Shown here: in pieces, positions 40,701 to 50,719 of the stretch
Layout of the letters: each line of letters starts with the position of its first letter
Numbering within the stretch: position 1 is the stretch's first letter
NCBI RefSeq assembly: GCF_000150275.1
Contig: NW_002060945.1
Coordinates: 4,947,397-5,011,396, forward strand
DNA from: Trichoplax adhaerens
Lineage: Eukaryota > Animalia > Placozoa
DNA: 64,000 nucleotides
Direction of reading: 5' to 3'
The notes under the pieces: model-generated
The model's database searches: none
Told to the model about the DNA's origin: nothing
Seen by the model: the letters and a program-made list of their open reading frames with translations, nothing else
Translations under genes and position numbers: made by a program

Positions 40701-41719
40701 AACTTTGTGTGAGGTATTGGTGCATTTCAAATATGCTAACCTACTTAAAAACTACAGTTACATATTTAGCAAATATACCAACAACGTAACAACTTTGAAA
40801 CATGCAAGACCCAGAAATGGCTAAAGTACAGTTTGTCAGTATATCACAATAATACAGTACAGTACCGTATGTATTACTGAAAGTTAGAGAATGGTCAAAT
40901 GGATCATCATGAAAATACAATATATTAGCTAGAATCTGCTTTTAAGTTAATGCCTAATGGGTGATTGCAAAAAGATGAACTACTGTATCATTGGATCATT
41001 TAAACAAGTAATGATTACATTATTTACAGTTAATAATATGAATACAGTAGTGTACAACTATAGCTTTACCTGTAGTTTCTTCCGTCGTTACAATCTGCTT
41101 CTTGGGTAAAAGGTAGACGGTACTTTTCTCGCGTATATTGTATGATTCCAATGAGTTACCATCAGTCAAGAGCTGACCCTTATAAACTAAATCTAAGTCC
41201 AATACATGAAATGTAATATCACTATTACAATGTCTTCAAGTTCACATAAATTTACTGCAGCTACGCTATCGGTCAAGAGATGACCTTTATAAACTAAGCT
41301 AAATCTTAGTCCGATACGTCAAATGCAATGTCATTATTACAATAAGTTAACTTGATCTAAATTTGCTGCAACTACACTACCGAGCTACGCATATGTACAG
41401 ACGATACAGTAGAAATACAGAGTATTGGAAATGAGAACTAAAAACAGTTAGCAGTAGCATTTAAAATTAATTTGATGTCATTCAATCAGGTAGGAAGTGA
41501 GAACTGTACTTTAACGAAACTACTTTAATATTGTACTGTACAGTACAGCACACAGTGTTTAGACGTTTAATGAAATAGTAACTCACTCTGATAGTCAATA
41601 GAGATATCCCAGTGGCGAGAAATTTTAATTTTAAGATTCTCTACCTTGTCCTTTAAATTAATTTTAAGATGAAGATCCTCATGTAATTGCAAACTACTAA
41701 CAAATAATTCGGCCGTCAT
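37784..41719 (-). CDS. UBL7: Ubiquitin-like protein 7 (N-terminal UBL, C-terminal UBA). Exons 41719-41587, 41192-41070, 40488-40424, 39492-39408, 39300-39243, 39017-38828, 38754-38434, 38003-37977, 37900-37784
   Basis: UBL: KDKVENLKIKIS...NLVYKGQLLTDGNSLESYNIREKSTVYLL. Middle: IPGLRENTIAFNILVDKDLMRMLMDPSNLESVIKAHPVLGQAV (cf. human TPGLSSDPIALGVLQDKDLFSVFADPNMLDTLVPAHPALVNAI) and ITSDLLSQAL. UBA: QILREMGIQDDALSLRALELTNGDINRAVNLIL (cf. QLRDMGIQDDELSLRALQATGGDIQAALELIF). All splice phases are consistent. Confidence 0.95.
41162..41380. repeat. Degenerate ~110-bp tandem duplication covering the UBL7 intron 1 acceptor and the first ~30 nt of exon 2
   Basis: Copy 1 (41162-41268) tcagtcaagagctgacccttataaactaaatctaagtccaatac...aaatttactgcagctacgcta; copy 2 (41269-41379) tcggtcaagagatgacctttataaactaagctaaatcttagtccgatac...aaatttgctgcaactacacta. 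Confidence 0.85.
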
Positions 41720-41992
41720 ATCTTCATGTCTTTCATTTAAATATAACCAAAATGGAGAATGATGTAGCAATCAATGCCAGAATGAAACACAGCAAAAATG
41801 ATCACAAATCAATCAGACAGTACAGTGGTGTTCAGTGCACTGTACACTTAGTGGCAGTATAGTACTAGCACTTCCTTACCAGACTGTACACTGTGTACAG
41901 TCAACACCTTGAACTATTGTACAGTACAGTACACTCAGTACGGTGTCACGGTCCATGTAAGGAAGGATTCGGGCATTCTATAGAAAGCCCGG

Positions 41993-42549
41993 GCAATCTA
42001 TAGAAATTAATAGATTGCCCGATACTCCGGGCAATGTACAGTACACTGTACAGTAATAGAAAACCCTTTTTTATAATCTGGGCAATGTACTGTACTGTAC
42101 CGTACATTTCTTTGTACTATACAGTACTCTGTATTGTACTGTACAGTAGTGCTGTACTGTACAGACAGTACAGTACAGTGGTACAGTATTGCACTGAAAG
42201 GCTATGCACTGTACAGTCTGTACTGTACACTTGTACAGTGTACAGTACATAAAATAAGACAATACTGTACAGTACTGTACTTTACTGTACTGTACAGTAC
42301 TGCACGGTATGACTGTGTCACTTACAGTACAGTACAGTGCATAGCCTTTCAGTGCAATACTGTACAGTACTGTACTGTACAGTACAGCACTACAGTACTG
42401 TACAGTACAATACAGAGTACTGTACACACATGTACAGTACTGTACAGTATGTACATTGCCCAGATTGTAAAAAAGGGTTTTCTATTACTGTACTGACATA
42501 CTGTACATTGCCCGGAGTGTCGGGCAATCTATTAATTTCTATAGATTGC
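41993..42549. repeat. ~557-bp imperfect palindrome (foldback) with near-identical ~100-bp terminal inverted repeats; MITE/foldback-like
   Basis: Left arm gcaatctatagaaattaatagattgcccgatactccgggcaatgtacagta...gtaatagaaaaccctttttt-ataatctgggcaatgtac matches the reverse complement of 42451-42549. Inner arms also pair: gtattgcactgaaaggctatgcactgtac (~42186-42214) vs gtacagtgcatagcctttcagtgcaatac (~42332-42360). The ORF track shows YSIALKGYALY on both strands. Confidence 0.92.
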
Positions 42550-44792
42550 TGTATAAACTAAAGGAAAAAATCGAATCAAACGCTGTAACGGAAAAATCAG
42601 GAGTTTCGGTTATAACTGGTAGTAACTGTATAACCGTAACCGTAGTGTACTGTAGGAATAAAGCTGGAGTGATTACGTAAGTACCTCAGTACAGTACCTT
42701 AAACGCGCATAAATCCTTGCGCCACGGTATACTGCAGGAAAAAATAAGATCTGCTTCACTCAGGTCTACTTCAACGCCCTTGGTAAATCGGTAACTACAA
42801 GCAGTCGAACTGAAAGTGAATCGAATTACTGCCATATTAACCTCCTTAGGTCAGTCATACGAGTATTTACTGTGACCACAAATCTCTTCCTCTTTCATGC
42901 TATTACATAAGATATTGAACAAGAAATCAAACACTACTTTAGCTATCACAGCAAGTAGCTAACCTATCGTCATTGCACATTGCAATAAGTTAGAGCTTCA
43001 TTAATTGGGCGATTATTCATACTTTTACGACTAGCATTTTTATAGAGAGCTTGTAAATTTTATTTTACAAAAAACATTGTACACGAGCAGTTTATGACAT
43101 TGTGGTAGAATATAATAAAATGATCTCGATTTTCATGTTAAACCTTACCCGTTGACTAGTAACTAACCTGGAATGTGTTGATCTTGTCGAGTTGGTTCTC
43201 GATATGCCGTCAGAAATCGTAGATACTGTGTTATGATAAATTGACATGCTTTACTTCAATAACAGATTCAGCAGGCATTCTCTGCCAATATATATATCTT
43301 AAGTACATAGTATTATTGATGCTCTGGTAGCGCAAAATTTTGATAAAGTGATTTCAAATTATGCAGCATAACCGCCATGAACTGCTCCACGAACTACTAG
43401 TCGTTGACCTTGAAATGCTTGTTAAATTAAGCAAGCAAGTGCCAACCATAACAAATAAAGGCACAAACTTATAGTACTAGGCCCGTTTATTTCTTGTTTA
43501 CTCCAGAACTGCTGTCATAGCTTATTGCTTTCCAGTAATGAACTCATAACTAAAAATGCCTATTGGATTTATCGCCTTCACTTGTATTTTGTAGCTTTAA
43601 TATTGACTACTAGGTAAACGAATCGGAAGGATTCTCTATTATTTTGGATAGATACAGTACAAGGTTTAAGCAGAGTTAAATCAGCTAATGGAAGGTAATG
43701 TACTTATACTACTGTAAAATAACCTAATATACTTCACTTCTGTCAAAAATTTAAACCTAATTAACTTCTGCAAAGAGTCACGTCAGTTGAAAGTTAATCT
43801 TTCAATTCATTGTATTACCTCATCAATGAGACTATAGAGATGCAATCTCAATTTCAATTACATACAGTAGAACGATATTTATTATTCGATGACCAAAAAG
43901 CTGTAAATTCGCTACAGCTTAGAGGTAGTTTCAGGCCTTCAATTACAGGATTACAATATCAACTCTACAGTGTAACTTACTAGGCAGCCCTGTTCAATAT
44001 CCACTTTAAGACATACCATTTTATTGGGTATAGCGTAATTTTCCTAGGATATCATCAAGTAAGAAAATGCGCCAAATCTTATAGAAATGCTAACATTAAT
44101 ACACCTAAATCGATGATTTGTTAACATTGTTAATGCAGCACCGAGAAGTCTTTTAGCAAACTGTTCGTTGTAACACCGGCAGTATACTAGACTAAAATCG
44201 AAGCCAACCCCAAAATCGCATCTTGATAAATGCAACTGCAAACTAATACGGTATAACGAGCATATGCAATACACTAACATACTCGTATAATCGTGCGGGT
44301 TATATACTGTATATAGTGTAATGTTGTAATAATTGTAATCAATTAGTAATTAATTACTATATCATAGCGATTAATAATGAATTATACTACTGTACATGCA
44401 AATCATTCAGGAATTACATCTGTACAACACGCACATATTTTCGTAATATCGATACTATATATACACATTGCTCTGACCAATCGTGAACTTCGGTTAGTAG
44501 CACCAACTTTCAAGTATTTAGTTTTGAAATTTTCACAAAAAATGACTTACAATTAGTGCACATCTGGCCCGATAGTAGCTCTGATTCGTATATAGAGTAC
44601 GTAATATTTCTAGTATATTACAATAGTATCGGAACGCCTTTATGATAAATAAGAAAATGAAGTCTTACTTATAGTACTATATACGTATAAATTCAGTACA
44701 TATTTGCAGTAAAATCATGTGTAAAATTTATTTTATATAAACAGATATCATACCATTCGCAGTTTGTAATAATTCAAAATTATTAACTATAG

Positions 44793-47700
44793 CTTCCGTT
44801 GCCGATTGTGTATGGGTTAAAATAAATAAATATCCTTGGTGGCCAGCAAAGGTGAACGAGTATAAAGTTTTGATAGGCTTTATTATAGTGCACAGATGTA
44901 GTTTTTTATGTAGTCAATTTCTATTATATCTAAATCATGGTTCTCTTATGAAGTGGACCTGGCCACTGGAATGTTAAACGATTATTTCGATTGTAAGTTT
45001 ATAATCTGTTGTACGCCTATCTTTCTATATCGCAACGAACAGGTTACCAAGGTTTTGCATCAAGGCGGTAAAAAGAAGATTATTGTTTCCTGTTTCGGGG
45101 ATGATTCTGAGTAAGTTGGTCTGCTAGATTTGGGGATATAATTATGGCTGATATTTCATCGAGATTAACATACGGTAATTATTACGTTTAAGAGCTAAAA
45201 TTACAAGTTCAAAGTCTATTCGCTTATGGAATTGTGCCGAACATAATGTAATGGTCGATCATGGGAAAGCCAATAGAAGCCACAGTATGATCCTTGACGT
45301 TATTAAACTTAAGATAGAATATTTACTGCTGCAGTTTAGTGATCATTGATCATTTACAAATATGGTCTTAGTCAGATATGATAACACTACAGTTAAAAAT
45401 TCAGTTTTATACTATTTGCGAATTGTTCAATTTCTACTGCAGTCGAAAATTTTAATTAAAGTCATCTTTATATCAGGGAATAAGATATTATTTGGAAAAG
45501 CTATGGCAGAGATAAAGCAATATATCAGTTCTTCAACAGAAGTGTGTCCCCAATCTATTACTTCGGAGCATTTGAATGGTAAGAGTGGATTAAAATTATT
45601 AAAGAGTTTCGAATGATACAGTGTTGTTAAAATGAAGTTAAGTTGACATACAGGTACATTTTTATGCTTAAAACTATACGGCAATTTAATATCCGTAGTT
45701 GTCAATAATAGCCTGTCCTCAAGCAATGGTAACAGGCTAGCTGACTCCTTAAAAAAAGATGGTTAGTTATTGACATTGCCTGTTTGGTCTGATGAGTGTT
45801 ATAATTTATACAAAGGCTTTATTATCCCATTTCTATACTAGACTCTGATGGTGATATTCCAGATGCAACGATACAAATTGCTAAGAAAAGGAAATTATTA
45901 GATTGGCAGTCGAATGTTGATCCTACATACGATACAAAAGAAATAGTCATCGACTCTCAAAAAGCTGATAGTAGTAAATACAGTGCATTGTCTGATAATT
46001 TTGACGGTATAACTGCGATTAGGTAAGTCAATATTCATAGATACTCTTATTCTGTATGAATTCAATTATAACACTGTATTTGAGGTAGCTTGTTGTAATG
46101 CGATGGTCGATGTCGCTCATAAACCAGATAATGTTCAAAATACAAAATAGATTTTATTAAGTGATTACATCTTAAATACGCATATTTCTTAATGTTTCTT
46201 GGCTTTGCTTAGGAGCATATCTGAGATTGACGATGTAAAATTAGATTGCGATTCCTCTGACTACGACTTTAATAAAGATGATGACGATGATGCATTACTT
46301 ATGGAAGAAGGTTTAACTCCGCAAAAGCAATTATCAAGTATGTGACATAATTACGCTAGAATCACTATAAAGAATCTCTGCAGAGGGAAAAGCTTTGGCA
46401 TACATACTCTTAGGTAATTCCTTATTCATTGATTTTAGAACGACCTCCAGTACCTGGTGATATCATTTGGTATAAATACGAAAAGGATCCTCATTGGCCT
46501 TGTCTAGTAAGAAATAGCAGAGTAAAGTATTCCTCTTAATGTTCAGCAATCATTCTTAGCTGTCTATACCTCCTAGGTGCTCAAAACCTATAAGAAAGCT
46601 AACAAGACTAATAAGCCTACTAAGAAGACTAAAAGGACTACTAAGAAGATTGAAAAGATTACTAAATTGAAAATTCTGTTTTTAATTAGCAATCAAACGT
46701 TAGTATTCACCTCTATCATCATAGCAGCACATATTCTTCGTATAATGATACCGCTACCAACTTAATTTAGTACCACCTTTTGGATCGTTACTAAAGAATA
46801 AGATGGATTCGTTATTAGGTTAATAACTGCAAGAATGAAAAATTGGGCTTTCTTTTTTTCTGAATGCGAACGATACAAGGTTAGTTAAAGAACTAGGGCT
46901 TAATTTATTGTACAATTCCCTGATTTAAGGAGCTCAGTATACGACTTGATGTTCGGTAGCTATTTTAAAATTAATTGACTGATAACAATCCTCAATTTTT
47001 CTTATTAAACAGTATAGATTGATCTATAATAACTATGCTCGATTACTTGTAGATTGCGGGAAAGAAAAGTAAATATTCTGAGGATTTCATGAAATCTGTA
47101 AATCTTGCGGAACGTCTTTTTCTCCGGAAGGATAAGGGTATGTCAAAACTGAAAGATATAATGTACTAAATTACATGAACTTTAGCGCATATTTCTAACT
47201 CATTTACTCATATATTGCAGACATGGCATCCATATTCAAGGAAATAAACTATGGTAAGTGCAATAACAATAGAATTGAATATATATAATTTATTTATGTA
47301 TTATTACGGGTCGTTTGTGCTCACAGTTTTTATTGCGACACTTTGTTAGTACCTGAGACAAGAAATGTTAGAAGTACATACTCCGATACTGACAGTAGTG
47401 ATAAAGAGTCAGATTTTGGTTATGATATAATTCCAATTCAGGAGCCGAAGACGCTCTTTGGAATACAAGTAACAGAAATTGCAGATGATTCTGATTTATC
47501 AAAGGGGAAGGAAGGTACGCCCGTACTTTTTTATAAATAATGAAATAGATAGTCAAGTCTAATAATATGTTCGAGCTGTGCATTACATTTACGAAAATAT
47601 TTAATCAAGCTAATAATTTAACAGGATTCGAAACATTAAGTCAATTGGCTGACTGTTGTAAGAATGGTAAATAGTAATAACTGCTTTCTTTTCCTGCAAT

Positions 47701-50700
47701 GCTTCGGTTAATATAAAAGTCTCAGCATGTCAATGCGGATTTTATTGTGGTATAAATTGAATTGTAAAATATTTTTAATTTACCTTCAGATAATCATACC
47801 AATGATAACGAAGACACCAAATGTAATTATAATTTCTCTATCATAAACTGTCTGCCTGATATATAGCTCTAAATTAAACACGATTTTAATGTATTTTTAA
47901 CCAATATAAACCAAAACTATCACACCCATAGTTCAACTTATATAGTATTACATTCTGTGCAGCTATTGTATTTATAGTATACATAACCTTTTGCCATGGA
48001 TTGACTAAAGCTAGCTTGCTGTAGTTTAGTTAAAGCATCAAGAGACTAGTGTAGGCGTATAAGATACTAAATTACTAACACAATTTATTCGGCTCTAAGT
48101 TTCAGAAGGCGACTACCTTTGGGCCAAATTTCCTACCTGCCCTTGGTGGCCGGCAAAGGTAACGGAACATTATTTAAATTGATTTCTTAATTATAATTAT
48201 TACCACGTGTGTATGTAGTTGTTAGCTTAATCCCTTTTCAATGCATAATCTGCTGAATTTCTTACTCTGGATTTCCCTTTATGTCATAAATAACTCTGGT
48301 TGAAAAGTTGAAACGCTCCAGTACAATCTTAACCAGCTTTGAGTTGATGTTGCATTGTATGCCATTCTTAGGTAATTGATATAGAAACTAGCGACGCAAC
48401 GGAAACCATAACTGTCTCTTTCTTCGGAGAAAACTCCATGTATGTAGCTTGGATTCTTTGACAGCGTCGAATATATTTCATTAATATGATACTGCTTTCA
48501 GCTATATCATATGTAGCTACTTTAAGATATGCAAGCTGCATTAATTTTGCTCATTTACCGATTTTCATGTTAATAATGAAACAACAGGGAAAGCTTCAAG
48601 TCAAGTTCAAATTCAATCCGGTTATGGAATTGCAAGGAAAAGAGGAAAATGATAAAGACAGGGATGCATTCGAAAAGTTAGATCAGATAAAAATATATGT
48701 AGAACTTGCAATATACGCATAGACATATAGAGACATAGTTCTTAGCATAGGATTATCCATTTTCGCACTAACACTCACACTAGTTAGTGTGAGGGACAAA
48801 TCAATTGTACTAAGAGACTACATGACTTCGTGAATAGCTTTGTTCGGAAAGATAGTAGCAAAAGAAATGTTTAAAAAAGCTATGACTGAAGCCAAAGACT
48901 ACATTAAAGATCAATACCGAGTATCCAAGATAGACAATGGTATAAATTTACATTCTTGTCTGTAAGACAATAACTTATAACGGCTCTTAACTGAAGAGAT
49001 ACTTATACGATTGACTCCGAATTACAGGCGACAAGAACAATAACACAACGGATGAAGAAGTAACTCGTATGTTGTACTAGTTTTTAAAATTTTATTTTAA
49101 TACCACGGATTTACTAAAGTATCGTATGTTATTTAATTATGAAAAACTTTTATTTTAAAAATTATTAGGAACTCCTGAACCTGGTGATATAATTTGGTAC
49201 AAACACAAATTGCTTTCCTACTGGCCGGCAATGGTAAGATAAATATCAGATGAATTTTCATACGTATTTGCAACATGTGCTTAACTCTGACACACTCGGA
49301 CTGCTATTAGATCTATGATATTCTTGGCACGAATAAGGCTGCAAAATTTATTATCATCTTCTTTCAAATTCAAGACATGTATGTGTAATTTACTTTATCG
49401 ACTATTAGCAAATCAAACTATAATTTTAACTGAAGTTATATTACATTGTAATGATGCGTTGATGCGTCTCTAAGCGTTTTTTCGATAGAAGGAACTGTTA
49501 TTGAGAAAAGAATTCTTTCTAACGTAGATACAGTATTCCAAATACACGAAAATGGCAATTTTTTGATGAATGCCAAGAACATAGAGTACGAACTGAGTGA
49601 TTGATATACCGATTCCTTAACGTTAATAAATAAATTAATTATTAGTTGTTGGATTTTGTTGATGGAAGGCGAGACATCTTGAAGAGAAACTCCATGAAGA
49701 TTTTACGCAAGCCGTAAATCTTGCTGAGTCTTTCCTGAACCGCACAGATGAGGGTATATTTCAATCGGTAGTTTCATAGGTATTGAATTATTGATTTGCG
49801 ATTTTTGCCTAATTTCGTTTTATCATAGATATTGAATTTTTAGCTGAAGAAATTCTTAAATATGGTACGGATACACTATAAATTTATTCATAACATGCAG
49901 TAGAACAGATTCGGTGAAGGAATCCTTTACTAATTTTAATTAATACATTTTATTACTAGAAAGTGAAAATGAAGATGAAATCGAAGATGATGATACAGTT
50001 ATTAATCGGTATGAATTAACTGCAATTTGATAGTTAACTCAAATTTAAGCCAAGTTAACGACAAATCTGGTCATGTTGTAGCCAGTTAAGCCAGGATTTA
50101 ATGAATATCATCGTGAGTGATGATATGAAGAGCATGCTTAAGAGAATACATGCTGGGGAAGAAAGTAGTTGGCGTCATAAAATTTTTACACTGGGAAGTA
50201 GGTCGGCTGTTGCGGATCTAAAATTGCAAGCTGGCTTTGGACCAATACACAAAAATCAAGTAAGTAATATATAGGCTTCGTTAGTTTAACGAGGCCCCTG
50301 TCACTCAGAAGAACATTGGTCAGCGAAAATCAATCTTGTCATATTTTATAATAATACTGACTAATTGTTGCCATTTACGTGATTTTAAATATTGGGGACA
50401 TAGTACCACGAATTGATGAGTACGCTAGAAGAAATTTATTATGAAATTAACAACGACTTAAATCCGGACGATATATTTTTTCAGTGTCGCAGTTATTGCT
50501 ATGATGTTCTCCTGCCTGAGGTATTTTACTGCTTACTATTTGATTTTAAGCACTAACGCAGTTTTGACTTTAGGTAGAATGTACAGTAAACGGTTTTACT
50601 CATGTAGTATACTCCAAGAAGTAATACTATTCATGTTTCAATTTTAGGCTATTATACGTTCCCTTCGATCACATTACAACTTGACATTAGAAGAAGCTGA

Positions 50701-50719
50701 AAAGAAATATTTATCGTAA
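44793..50719 (+). CDS. PWWP3/MUM1(EXPAND1)-like chromatin protein with four PWWP domains and a MUM1-type C-terminal domain. About 30 short exons; start codon not resolved (candidate ATG GAA G|gt at 43688-43694); stop at 50719, or at 50806 via one more exon
   Basis: PWWP motifs CVWVKINKYPWWPAK (44793-44851), DIIWYKYEKDPHWPCL (46439-46506), YLWAKFPTCPWWPAK (48100-48158) and DIIWYKHKLLSYWPAM (49169-49233). C-terminus [30 protein letters not shown] resembles PWWP3A/MUM1 [30 protein letters not shown]. Exon phases link all four modules without a stop. Confidence 0.85.

Noticed and set aside
42034-42561. Four overlapping ORFs on both strands
   Set aside because: By-products of the foldback and its pentamer repeats.
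41800-42700. CRISPR-like repeat/spacer appearance
   Set aside because: Eukaryotic context, inverted rather than direct repeats, no constant repeat with unique spacers, no cas genes.
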